Under the pieces are notes generated by a model. That model did not search any database. It was not told where the DNA came from and saw nothing but the letters and a program-made list of their open reading frames with translations. Position numbers and translations under genes: made by a program. From contig CAZRRJ010000004.1 of NCBI GenBank assembly GCA_964602515.1, positions 152,220 to 216,219 of the forward strand: a stretch of DNA of 64,000 nucleotides. The letters are read 5' to 3'. This stretch comes from an uncultured Saccharicrinis sp. (GTDB lineage: Bacteria; Bacteroidota; Bacteroidia; Bacteroidales; Marinilabiliaceae). Below, in pieces: positions 41,747 through 51,864 of the stretch. Positions within the stretch are counted from its first letter, which is position 1; every line of letters begins with the position of its first letter.

Positions 41747-43750
41747 TCATTCATCATATCCCAAATGGCTAGAAATACTCTTATATTCCCGCGCTTTTTC
41801 CATATCTCCTAACTTCTCACATGCTTCGCCAAGATAATAATAAGCCTCTGCCTTATCCTTTTTAACACGTATTGCCTGTAATAAATCGTCATAAGCCTTT
41901 TCATATTCAGAAAGGTCTAAGTATGTTCTTCCACGGTTATATAATACGGTGTATGATTTTGGCTTTATTTTATATGCTTTACTATAGTCCTTTACTGCGC
42001 TTTTCAAATCGCCCGTCTCCACATACAAGTATGCCCGGCGCACCAAGGCTTCAAAGAAATATGGCTTAAGCTTTAGTGCTTTATTAAGGTTAGCCATGGC
42101 AGAAGTATTATCGCTAAACTTAAGCACACACTCATTTGCCATTAAGAAATACTCACGTGCGAACTCCTCAACACTATTTTGTTGTCTTCGAAGTGCGGTA
42201 CTTATGCTGGCAACTTCAGCTTCGAGTTTGCTGATTTTAGATAACTTAACAGCAATAAGGCGCTGTACTGATTCTACCGATAAAGCTTCCTGTTTCTCAT
42301 TTGCCTCAGCAAATAGCTTAACTGCTTCTTTAAATGCGTTTTCATCAAATTTCTTAACAGCACTTTTAAAAGAATCCCGTGCCTTTGCTTTTATCAGCTC
42401 TTTCTCAATCAGCTCTTTATTATTGGCAGCTTTTGAAAATGCAATCACCTTATTATTAACGATTATATCTCGAAGCAACACCTTTGTTTTAAGGACAATT
42501 CCCTCCAGTGATACGCATCGGCTCAAAGCAACATATAGCTGCCCTCCTGCAAAAGTACCCCCTGAAAAGTCGAGCATTACCTTATCAAAAGTTAACCCCT
42601 GGCTTTTATGAACCGTTATTGCCCATGCCAGCTTAAGTGGATATTGTGTAAAAGAACCCAATTCTTCTTCTATAATCCGGTTATTTCTTTCATCGTATTT
42701 GTAACGTATATTACGCCAAACTTCTTTCTTTACAAGATGTATTTCTTCGTTCTCCAAACGTACAGAAATCCCATCGTCGCTAATTTCTTCTATCCGCCCA
42801 AGACTACCATTATACCAACGCTTTTCCATATCATTCTTAACAAACATCACCTGTGCATTTTCTTTCAGCACCAGCTCCTTTAATGTTGGTAATCCCGATT
42901 CTGGAAATTCTCCTGTAATACGACCACTAAACTTATATTCATCACCTTCGATTTTTTCAAGCTTACTATCATTAATATAGTCCACCGTATTGCGCCTTGT
43001 GGCAAGTGTAATAAAAAACTCATCGCTGGGGCTTTGGAAAGATGGATTATACTGTTGATTAATAGCTAACAGATCATTATTATTGACTTGCTTTAAGCGA
43101 ACTCGGTCTAAGAGGCTTATAAAGGTTATATCATTCTGACGATAGACCTTTTTAAGCTCAATCTGCACCAATGGAATTTGCTTAAAAATCCGTGCAGAAA
43201 AGAAGTATGGTGAAGAATAAAAGCGATTGAGAATCTGCCAGTCTTCACGCTTAACAACAGGTTCGAGCTGAAACACATCACCAACCATTAATAATTGCTT
43301 GCCTCCAAAAGGTTGATTTAAATTTTTAGTATACACACGCAACACCCGATCTATAAAATCAAGTACATCCCCTCTTACCATTGACACCTCATCAATAACC
43401 AACAGATCTAATTCTTTTATAATCTGCGTGTGTGATTTTCTATATTTCAAGAAATCATAAATCCGACCTTTTTGTATTGATAAATCAGGATCATCCGGCA
43501 AAATAGGTCGAAAAGGCACTTTAAAAAAAGAGTGTATTGTTACTCCGCCAGCATTAATAGCTGCAATACCAGTTGGTGCCACCACCACAAACTTTTTATG
43601 TGTTTGTTGACATATATACCGTAAAAATGTAGATTTACCGGTTCCTGCTCTTCCTGTTAAAAAAACAGATGAATTGGTATACTGCACAAGCTTAAGAGCA
43701 TTCTGAAACTCTGCATTTTCTAAATCTATACTACCAGGTAGAACCTTCAT
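41747..43750 (-). CDS. PIF1/RecD-like SF1B helicase fused to a C-terminal coiled-coil plus TPR domain
   Basis: GRAGTGKST (Walker A), LLVIDEVSMV, a Pif1-signature-like FGGKQLLMVGDVFQLEPV, and ITVHKSQGLTFDKV. The C-terminal ~200 aa carry TPR repeats. Confidence 0.8.
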   Translation of the reverse strand: MKVLPGSIDLENAEFQNALKLVQYTNSSVFLTGRAGTGKSTFLRYICQQTHKKFVVVAPTGIAAINAGGVTIHSFFKVPFRPILPDDPDLSIQKGRIYDFLKYRKSHTQIIKELDLLVIDEVSMVRGDVLDFIDRVLRVYTKNLNQPFGGKQLLMVGDVFQLEPVVKREDWQILNRFYSSPYFFSARIFKQIPLVQIELKKVYRQNDITFISLLDRVRLKQVNNNDLLAINQQYNPSFQSPSDEFFITLATRRNTVDYINDSKLEKIEGDEYKFSGRITGEFPESGLPTLKELVLKENAQVMFVKNDMEKRWYNGSLGRIEEISDDGISVRLENEEIHLVKKEVWRNIRYKYDERNNRIIEEELGSFTQYPLKLAWAITVHKSQGLTFDKVMLDFSGGTFAGGQLYVALSRCVSLEGIVLKTKVLLRDIIVNNKVIAFSKAANNKELIEKELIKAKARDSFKSAVKKFDENAFKEAVKLFAEANEKQEALSVESVQRLIAVKLSKISKLEAEVASISTALRRQQNSVEEFAREYFLMANECVLKFSDNTSAMANLNKALKLKPYFFEALVRRAYLYVETGDLKSAVKDYSKAYKIKPKSYTVLYNRGRTYLDLSEYEKAYDDLLQAIRVKKDKAEAYYYLGEACEKLGDMEKAREYKSISSHLGYDE

Positions 43751-45892
43751 TTACTTTACTTCACCAACACTTTCACTTCCTGTTAATTCTTCAGCCCCAT
43801 AACGCTTAATTACATTATAAGCTTTATAAATTCCTAATTCACCGGCTTTACTTAGATCAGCTGTTCCTTCTGCTTCCTTTTTTAAATAGATAAGTGTTAA
43901 TCCTCGATTGAAATAGGCCTCTGCAAAATCAGAATTTAACTCAATTGCCCTTGTAAAATCTTCAATACCCTGTAAAAAGTTCTTTTTCAGACACTGAATA
44001 ACTGCCCTGTTGTAATAGGCAAATTCAAATTCTGGCGACAGCTCAATAACCCGGTTCAGATCCTTGATGATTAACTCATAATCAAGTATTTTTGATACAT
44101 CATTGTCTTTTTGAGCACCTGTTGAAGTACCCTTTGCCTTTATTGGCCCCTGAAGCATTACATTATTTGGCACTTGCGTTTCTTCCTCTAAAGCACGAAT
44201 AATTTCAACCATCTTATGTCTTGTGTATGCCCGGTTAAAAAGTGCTACAACATTATTAGGATCTGATTTCAGTATTTCATTATAATCTGCCATGGCATTA
44301 CTGTAATTCATTGCTACACTATACAAAACCGCCCGAGTAATAAGTATCTCTCTATCTGTCTCTTCATCCTTCAGCTCTTCACTAATAGCGTTAATATCAT
44401 TTATTAAGCGGATATACTTTAAGCCTTCTGCCTCCACTTCCCTATTAGTTATTAACAGGGAGCTCTTGTATAATTCCTTTTTATTGAACAACTCTACTTT
44501 TTTCTCATAATAACGCGGACGACTCAAAATTGTGTCACCTGTGTAATAAGTCAAGCCAAATACAGGTTCCAAATCAATGAAGATATTACGATTCTGTACT
44601 TTTCCACGGATACTTTCAAAATGTCCCTCTTCTTTTTCTTCATCTCCAAAATCATCAAGAACCGCTAACTTATTGTAATTACGAATATCTTTATCGGATT
44701 TTTTACGCGTGCTTTTTTTCTTCTTTCCAGTTTCTGTTGTTTTATCTTTTTCATCACCCTTACCTTCATCTAAATCTCTATTATCATGACTATTACGCTG
44801 ATCAGCCTGTAATTTCGCTGCGGTCATATAATCAATCCTAGCCCCTTCCATATCACCCATCTTTTGTTTCACTATACTACGGTTATAATAGGCCGCTCCA
44901 AAGTTCGGATAATTATCAACAATAATATTTAAGTCTGTTAAAGCCTGTTTGTTCTGCCCCAGATCAGTGTATAACACAGCGCGGTTATAAAGGGTAAGTA
45001 AATCATTTGGATCTAAAGCTAATACACGTGAAAAATCTTCTATCGCACGATTTTTATCACCTATTTGTGCCCTGAGTATTCCCCTGTTATTATAAGCTAA
45101 GCTATTTTTAGGTTCAAGTTCTATAACTTTATCAAAGTCTCTCAATGTTCCCCGCAAATCATCCAATTGATATCGAATAACCCCACGTGTCATATAATAT
45201 CCGGCGTAATCGTCCTTAAGTTGTATTACTTTATCGTAATCCTTTAAGGCCTCTTCAAATTGCTCCATCTGGTAATACAATATTCCTCGCGAAGCAAATC
45301 CATCTGACATATATGGGTTAAGATCAACAACTTTACTAAAATCAGCTAAAGCTCCAATAGAGTCCCCGTTGTGAGTTCGGGCAGCACCACGACTCAAGTA
45401 GGCACTTAGCATAGCTGGGTTTTTTTTTATTATACGATCAAAATCTTCAATGGCTTTTTCATACTCTTCTAAAACAGAATAGCTATTACCCCTGTTTATT
45501 AACAAGTTGATATTTCCAGGTTCAATATCTAAACCTCTTGTATAATTTGTAATTGCCCTTTTATGGTCTTCCTTACGCCCCATAATAATTCCACGAACAT
45601 TGTAGGCATCTACTAAAAACGGATTTTTAATCAAACAAGTGTTTAAATCCACTTCTGCTCCACTATAATCTTCAAGGTAATATTTTGCCAAACCTCTGTA
45701 AAAGTAAGGATCTGACAGATAAGGCTTAACTTTTATAACTTTATTAAAATATTGGATTGCTAGCACATAATCTTCAAAGTAAAGTGCATTTTTTCCAATA
45801 GTAAGCATTCGGTCAGTATTTATCTGTGCTTTTACATCAGTACTACACACACACTTAAATATTAAAACTATAAATACGAATCTTTTCAACAT
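43751..45892 (-). CDS. secreted multi-TPR protein with an internal K/D/E-rich linker
   Basis: Signal peptide from the ATG at 45892 and at least 12 TPR-like repeats. A low-complexity stretch reads ..GKGDEKDKTTETGKKKKSTRKKSDKD.. The stop codon directly abuts the helicase ATG. Confidence 0.8.
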   Translation of the reverse strand: MLKRFVFIVLIFKCVCSTDVKAQINTDRMLTIGKNALYFEDYVLAIQYFNKVIKVKPYLSDPYFYRGLAKYYLEDYSGAEVDLNTCLIKNPFLVDAYNVRGIIMGRKEDHKRAITNYTRGLDIEPGNINLLINRGNSYSVLEEYEKAIEDFDRIIKKNPAMLSAYLSRGAARTHNGDSIGALADFSKVVDLNPYMSDGFASRGILYYQMEQFEEALKDYDKVIQLKDDYAGYYMTRGVIRYQLDDLRGTLRDFDKVIELEPKNSLAYNNRGILRAQIGDKNRAIEDFSRVLALDPNDLLTLYNRAVLYTDLGQNKQALTDLNIIVDNYPNFGAAYYNRSIVKQKMGDMEGARIDYMTAAKLQADQRNSHDNRDLDEGKGDEKDKTTETGKKKKSTRKKSDKDIRNYNKLAVLDDFGDEEKEEGHFESIRGKVQNRNIFIDLEPVFGLTYYTGDTILSRPRYYEKKVELFNKKELYKSSLLITNREVEAEGLKYIRLINDINAISEELKDEETDREILITRAVLYSVAMNYSNAMADYNEILKSDPNNVVALFNRAYTRHKMVEIIRALEEETQVPNNVMLQGPIKAKGTSTGAQKDNDVSKILDYELIIKDLNRVIELSPEFEFAYYNRAVIQCLKKNFLQGIEDFTRAIELNSDFAEAYFNRGLTLIYLKKEAEGTADLSKAGELGIYKAYNVIKRYGAEELTGSESVGEVK

Positions 45893-45982
45893 ATAATACT
45901 TCTGAAAACAACAATGCAAACAAATATAAACATTTATACCAGTAAGCTTACTACAGCTTAACAAGCAAAAAGCAGGCCAATA

Positions 45983-47710
45983 TTACAGTGAAAATGCGTG
46001 CTGCTTTACTACCTCATTCCCCTTATTATCAATAACTTTTATTCTAAGTTGATGCTTCCCTTTTTTTACAAATGGCATATCTTTGAATGTACCAGTTAAC
46101 AAATTTCTTTTAGCATCATATTCAAATAAAACCCATTGGTCATCAATAAAGCAATCATACTTATCAATTCCACTAAATTCGTCCATAATAATAACTTCAA
46201 TGGACTGACGTGCTGAATAATTATTACCATGTGGAGGATTGTTTAACTTAATAACCGGGGGGATAGAATCAATAGCCAGTGTAAACCTTCCAAAAGTTCG
46301 CGTTGATAAAGTAATGTAATCATCTTTGTACTTGCCTCCAAGAAAGTATTGCTTTCCGCTGGATGACACACCTGCCACAACAATTTTATTTTTATTAATC
46401 TTTAATGAATCCGGAACGGGAAGGCTAACTGACACAGATCGATGTAATGGAATATGATTATCTCCAATAACATATAAGGGTGCAATTAAACCACTCTTCT
46501 CCTCTTTATGAATTAACATTTCAATATCAGTATAAAATGTTTTGGCCGGAATACTAAGCTTCATACCTAAAGTATCGAGCTGCACAGCTTTATGGTAGCT
46601 TACTTTAATACAATTATTTTCTTTAGCAGGTAACGGAGCCAAAGGTTTCTCTCCCTTGAGTGTAAAGGCAAGTAAAGATGTGTTACCTGAAAAATCCTTA
46701 ATGCTATATTTTATAAGCTTGGTCTCTCCCTCTTTAATATCAACTGTATATTCACTCTTTTTGCCATAAAGACTCAGTTGGTTATTAGGTTCAACAAAAC
46801 TTTTTTGAATGACTTTACCTGTTCTCATTTTTTCTGCATAATCAATATGTGAATTGATGTATCGTGACTCTGCAAAGCTAAATTGATCGATATGGAAATG
46901 ATATACTAAAGTATCGTTACTGTATAAATCAATTGTACTTATTCCACACTTGCGCCAACTATCCGATAAATAATCAATAACCTGTACTCCAATACCGATC
47001 TTTCCATACGCAGAAAAGATTGTAGAACCTTTAGGGTGAAAAGCCTTATCATAAAATACTGTTGAAACATACTTATCTTTTCCTGTACCTTCAATCACGG
47101 ATGTATCAGACAAAACATACAATTTCAAACCTTGTACCTGTGGGCGTACATCATCAATTATATCATCTCTGAATGCCATCGGTTCCATTGGCTTTTGAGT
47201 TGCTTTTTCACGTATTTCATAATGTAGGTGCGGACCTCCTGAACTACCTGTGTTACCACTATAAGCAATAACTTCTCCCCGCTCAACATTTACCTCTCCT
47301 GCTTTAAAAAATAATTCAATTGCAAATGATTTATTCTCGTACTGCTTTGCCCTAACCAAAGAATCAATCCGATTAGAATAGCGTTCCAGATGAGCATAAA
47401 CAGTGGTATATCCTCCCTCATGATCTACATAAATGGCTTTTCCATATCCATATGGCGAAACCTTAATCCGGGATACATAACCTTTATCTGACGCATATAT
47501 ACGATACCCCGTCTTACGATTAGTTGTTAAATCAATTCCTGAATGAAAATGGTTTGAGCGTAATTCACCAAAGCTACCACTAACGGTTGGTTTTAATTTC
47601 ATTGGCTTAACAAAACGTTCTGTCAAACTATTTTGTGAAACTACACTACTCCCCAATAAACTGAATAAAATAACCAGTACAGCAACCTGCTTCATGTTCT
47701 TCTGTCTCAT
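45983..47710 (-). CDS. M23-family metallopeptidase with a long C-terminal extension
   Basis: NHFHSGIDL and GGPHLHYEI zinc-ligand motifs, plus a signal peptide. Confidence 0.85.
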   Translation of the reverse strand: MRQKNMKQVAVLVILFSLLGSSVVSQNSLTERFVKPMKLKPTVSGSFGELRSNHFHSGIDLTTNRKTGYRIYASDKGYVSRIKVSPYGYGKAIYVDHEGGYTTVYAHLERYSNRIDSLVRAKQYENKSFAIELFFKAGEVNVERGEVIAYSGNTGSSGGPHLHYEIREKATQKPMEPMAFRDDIIDDVRPQVQGLKLYVLSDTSVIEGTGKDKYVSTVFYDKAFHPKGSTIFSAYGKIGIGVQVIDYLSDSWRKCGISTIDLYSNDTLVYHFHIDQFSFAESRYINSHIDYAEKMRTGKVIQKSFVEPNNQLSLYGKKSEYTVDIKEGETKLIKYSIKDFSGNTSLLAFTLKGEKPLAPLPAKENNCIKVSYHKAVQLDTLGMKLSIPAKTFYTDIEMLIHKEEKSGLIAPLYVIGDNHIPLHRSVSVSLPVPDSLKINKNKIVVAGVSSSGKQYFLGGKYKDDYITLSTRTFGRFTLAIDSIPPVIKLNNPPHGNNYSARQSIEVIIMDEFSGIDKYDCFIDDQWVLFEYDAKRNLLTGTFKDMPFVKKGKHQLRIKVIDNKGNEVVKQHAFSL

Positions 47711-47913
47711 TCAAAATAAAAAATCATTCAAAAGTAGCTTTCTGCTCAAAGAAAAACAACCGTTATTTTTTCTCTATCAAATTCTCACACGCAACCTTAA
47801 CCATAAATTTTTCTCTTAGTAGTTAAATCATTGTAAAATCAGAAACAATGGCACAATATTTATAATAAAGTATAAAAGTGAATTGAGATTATTAATTGAA
47901 AAATTAAAACAGT

Positions 47914-48669
47914 ATGAAAACATTTAATTTTAGCATACTTATAGCTTTAATCGGCTTTTTGGGGTACAGTTGCTCAGACGATAACAACTATTCTTTAGGT
48001 AATATTTGGGTAGCAACCGGAACGGTAGTTAAAACAACTGATTACTTTTATGTTGTAATTGATGATGGTAGTACTCTTTGGCCTTCGGCTTCAAATGTAT
48101 CACCAGACAGGCTTGATGATGGAATGCGTACTTATGTGAGTTATACCATACTTGGAGATGCAAACGATAATGAAGCGTACGATTACTACGTTAAAATTAA
48201 TGGTATGTCGCAGCTACTAACAAAACCGGTATTTAATTTTGATAAAACAACCAGTCAGCACGTTAAAGATTCGATTGGCTCAGATGCTATAACAATTACC
48301 GACACATGGTTTACTAATGATTATTTAAATATACAATTTGAGTATGGAGGTGGTCCGGGCTATGTGCACTTTATCAATCTTGTAAAAAACACCGAAGACC
48401 TACAAACCGAAAATGGCGAAATAATATTAGAATTAATGCACAACAAAAACCGCGATCCATACAATTATTTGCAGTGGTCTATTGCTTCGTTTGATATTTC
48501 AGAGTTAAAAGTGCCAGAAAAAAACACTATTGACATTTTTATACGTAGTATTGACAAGGAAGGTAATTACCAATACAACAAGGTGCTTACATACAATTAC
48601 GAACAACCAAATATTGAACCAGTAACAAAAGTATTCTCATCAACACCTATATCTGTGATGTTGAAATAA
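47914..48669 (+). CDS. NigD-like lipoprotein
   Basis: Lipobox GFLGYSCSDD. The N-terminal OB-like and C-terminal halves (..YLNIQFEYGGG..HFINLV..ELMHNKN..) follow the NigD pattern as I recall it. Confidence 0.55.
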   Translation: MKTFNFSILIALIGFLGYSCSDDNNYSLGNIWVATGTVVKTTDYFYVVIDDGSTLWPSASNVSPDRLDDGMRTYVSYTILGDANDNEAYDYYVKINGMSQLLTKPVFNFDKTTSQHVKDSIGSDAITITDTWFTNDYLNIQFEYGGGPGYVHFINLVKNTEDLQTENGEIILELMHNKNRDPYNYLQWSIASFDISELKVPEKNTIDIFIRSIDKEGNYQYNKVLTYNYEQPNIEPVTKVFSSTPISVMLK

Positions 48670-48682
48670 TTTTAACAAGAAC

Positions 48683-48716
48683 AAAGGCTGCTCAGATACG
48701 GGCAGCCTTTTTCTTT
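48683..48716 (+). terminator. rho-independent terminator after the NigD-like gene
   Basis: AAAGGCTGC..GCAGCCTTT stem followed by TTCTTTT. Confidence 0.6.
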
Positions 48717-48849
48717 TCACAACACTATATAAACCTTACTATTGCTAGTTTACAGCGAAAATATTTCAAAAAAAATTACATTTATTTTGGCATTTCAATA
48801 GCTTTATTCCTATATTTGCACCGCGTTTGAGAGAAATGCTCAACAAGAC

Positions 48850-48923
48850 GGTTTCGTAGCTTAATTGGATAGAGCACCTCGTTACGGCCGAGGAGGTTGC
48901 AGGTTCGAGTCCTGCCGAGATCA
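48850..48923 (+). tRNA. tRNA-Arg (anticodon ACG)
   Basis: Manual cloverleaf, 74 nt: acceptor GGTTTCG/CGAGATC (two G-U pairs), anticodon stem CCTCG/CGAGG with loop TTACGGC, T-arm GCAGG-TTCGAGT-CCTGC. Confidence 0.9.
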
Positions 48924-48934
48924 CAAAATCTCAT

Positions 48935-48969
48935 AAAGCCACGTAATATCTATATTACGTGGCTTTTTT
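48935..48969 (+). terminator. terminator hairpin after tRNA-Arg
   Basis: 14-bp perfect stem AAAGCCACGTAATA/TATTACGTGGCTTT with a 4-nt loop and a T-run. Confidence 0.7.
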
Positions 48970-49475
48970 ATACCCTATAAAGACACCTAAGGTGTTTCAC
49001 AAGTATTCAATGAACCATAGTACCATCAATTAGTAATTTGAATGCATTAAAATTAGAATTCCACAATAATACCAATAACCTAAGTTCGACATAAACTTCT
49101 TATATATCGACTGAGAATAATGAGTTTCAAGTATAATTTGACGAAAGAATAGCGCATTATAAGACAATCACATGAAGAAAATGGTTATTTTCAAATGAAA
49201 TCCAAAAGCTTTATTATTCTAACCTGTGTTTTAAAATTATCATTAGATATTAAAGTGCACCTTAATAATTAACTATATACAATTGGTTATGAGTTATAGA
49301 TCTTACGAGTTCAGGATTATTATTGTAGAAAAATAAAATCACATAACCACTTCTTTAAAGCTGCCATGTTTTTTTAAATATCTACATTTTTCAGAAGATT
49401 TATCTCTGTAGACATACCCCCTTGGTTGTATTAAGCAAATGCAGCCTTCCTGAATTATATTTTAGATCTTAAATC

Positions 49476-49504
49476 AAAAATTAGCCCCATTTGCACAGGG
49501 CTAA
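49476..49504 (-). terminator. terminator candidate after the GH20-PA14 gene
   Basis: TTAGCCC/GGGCTAA stem followed on the minus strand by TTTTTGATTT. Confidence 0.5.
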
Positions 49505-49517
49505 TAATTATTCGCTT

Positions 49518-51836
49518 TTAATGACTCAAAAATGTTGAGTAGTCATATACTTTCTCTCCATTCGAGCCAACAACCGAAAAGTCCAGATCTTCGCCTCCTG
49601 AACTTTCAAAGTAGATTATTTTAACCGGATAAGTTCCTTCTTTAAATGCCAGACTTGCTTTTTTATATTCCAAAGCATGGCAGCCATCATTATCAATAAT
49701 CAATTGATTATTAACATAAAGCATTGATCCATCATCAGAGCCTAGGCTAAATTTATATAACCCATCTTCTGGAATAGTTACATTGCCCTCAAACACAACT
49801 CCAAAATTATCATGTGGTACATTAGCAGGGATAGCAATGCGATTAACTATAAAAGATTTACCTTTGGCCTCATCAACTTCCCGACAATTGGTAAAATTTC
49901 CGGTAACTAATTTACAAGTCAAACCTTTTTTAGTTCCGGGAGTACCGGTTCCCTCCATATATTTAAGTTGTATTGCTTCCAATTCCAGTACATCGCTCAC
50001 TTCACCAGCTTTGTTAATAGCTACAGCTTTTACTGTAACTTCCTTATCTATTATTATTGCCTGGGTATATAAGGTTGATTCTTTAGTTGGAACAGTTCCA
50101 TCTAAGGTGTAATATATGTCTGCTCCAATGGCATTATTCTCAATCTCCAGAGTTTCTTTATCAAGGAATTCAATAATAGAAGTTGATGCTGTTGGCATTA
50201 GTACTTTATTAAAATAATTAACACCTAATGCATCCAAGCGCTTAAAGTGGTGCTGCAACCTTCCTGAAAATAAATTAAAATTTCGCTTTTCATGATCTAA
50301 CCAACCAATTTCAGCTATAGCACAGGCTCGTGGATATGTCATATATTCAACATGACTACTTTCAGGCATATATTCCGTCCATATATTACCCTGCACTCCG
50401 ACTATATACTTCATTTCATCTGCTGATAGCTCCAATGGATAAGGGTTATAAGAGTAAACTTTATTGAGTGGTAAAAAACCTCCTATAGCCAATGGCTCCT
50501 GCGACGGGCTATTTTGATAATAATCAAGGTAGAAATGGGAATTAGGGGTCATAATAACATTATGTTTTTGTTTAGCTGCCTCAATACCTCCTTTAATACC
50601 TCTCCATGACATAACAGTTGCATTAGGTGCCAGACCTCCTTCTAATATCTCATCCCAACCAATAATATCACGTCCATGGCTATTAAGGAACTTTTCGATC
50701 CGGCTAATAAAGTAACTTTGCAATTCATGTGCATCTTTACAATGCTCTTTACGCATACGCACTTTACACTTTGGACATTCATTCCATCGTGTTTTTGGAC
50801 ATTCATCACCTCCAATATGAATATATTTTGATGGGAAAATATCCATTACTTCCAGCAATACATCTTCTAAAAACTGAAATGATTTTTCATTACCTGCACA
50901 AAAAACATCGTCAAAAACGCCCCATGTTTTTGCCACTTCATACGGACCACCTGTACACCCAAGCTCAGGATATGCGGTTAAAGCTGCTTGTGCATGTCCT
51001 GGTAATTCAATCTCTGGAATAACAGTAATATGTCGCTCTGCAGCATATTTAACAATTTCACGGGCTTGTTCTTGCGTATAGAATCCGCCATAACGCTTGC
51101 CATCGTATTTTTCCTCACTACTTCCTCCGTGTCCAATACGGGTTTCATCCCTATAGGCTGCTATTTCTGCCAACTTTGGGTATTTTTTTATTTCCAGTCT
51201 CCACCCTTGATCTTCAGTTAAGTGCCAGTGAAAAACGTTCATCTTATGCAAGGCTAGTAAGTCAATAAATTTCCGGATAAAATCTACCGGATAAAAGTGA
51301 CGCCCAACATCAAGATGTAAACCACGATATGAGAAATGTGGCGCATCTGTTATTTCCGTTGCAGGAATATTCCAAACGGTTGTATTAACAACGTCTTGTG
51401 TTTCGATTTCAACAGGTAATAACTGGCGTATAGTCTGAAAACCATAATACAAACCAACCGGATTATTTGACTTTACAAGAATACCCTTGGATGTCACTAT
51501 CAGTTTATAGCTACCTTCAATACCCTCCATTCCAGCATCTTCAACAAATGTAATTGCTCCGTTCACCAACTCAACATTATGAGTTGCTTCTACGCTTAGG
51601 TTATAAGCTGTTGCCGGCTGTATAAAATCAACGAATGATTGCGCCACAAACTGACTGTTCACACTTCCATTATACAGCACTTTTGTGTTGTTTTCCAGTA
51701 TAAATACACCTTCCTTCGCTACTAACTCCTGAGGAAAGGGAATAATATTGTACTCATTTGGATGTTGTTTTTTCGAACAACTCATGTTAATAAACACTAA
51801 CATCATCATGCTTATCCATAAAAAATACTTCTTCAT
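49518..51836 (-). CDS. GH20 beta-N-acetylhexosaminidase with a C-terminal PA14-like domain
   Basis: GH20b plus a catalytic TIM barrel with HIGGDE. The C-terminal ~150 aa (..GLTCKLVTGNF...DGLYKFSLGSDDGSMLYVNN..) are PA14-like. Confidence 0.85.
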   Translation of the reverse strand: MKKYFLWISMMMLVFINMSCSKKQHPNEYNIIPFPQELVAKEGVFILENNTKVLYNGSVNSQFVAQSFVDFIQPATAYNLSVEATHNVELVNGAITFVEDAGMEGIEGSYKLIVTSKGILVKSNNPVGLYYGFQTIRQLLPVEIETQDVVNTTVWNIPATEITDAPHFSYRGLHLDVGRHFYPVDFIRKFIDLLALHKMNVFHWHLTEDQGWRLEIKKYPKLAEIAAYRDETRIGHGGSSEEKYDGKRYGGFYTQEQAREIVKYAAERHITVIPEIELPGHAQAALTAYPELGCTGGPYEVAKTWGVFDDVFCAGNEKSFQFLEDVLLEVMDIFPSKYIHIGGDECPKTRWNECPKCKVRMRKEHCKDAHELQSYFISRIEKFLNSHGRDIIGWDEILEGGLAPNATVMSWRGIKGGIEAAKQKHNVIMTPNSHFYLDYYQNSPSQEPLAIGGFLPLNKVYSYNPYPLELSADEMKYIVGVQGNIWTEYMPESSHVEYMTYPRACAIAEIGWLDHEKRNFNLFSGRLQHHFKRLDALGVNYFNKVLMPTASTSIIEFLDKETLEIENNAIGADIYYTLDGTVPTKESTLYTQAIIIDKEVTVKAVAINKAGEVSDVLELEAIQLKYMEGTGTPGTKKGLTCKLVTGNFTNCREVDEAKGKSFIVNRIAIPANVPHDNFGVVFEGNVTIPEDGLYKFSLGSDDGSMLYVNNQLIIDNDGCHALEYKKASLAFKEGTYPVKIIYFESSGGEDLDFSVVGSNGEKVYDYSTFLSH

Positions 51837-51864
51837 TACCATAGGTTTTTATTTTAAATAAGTT

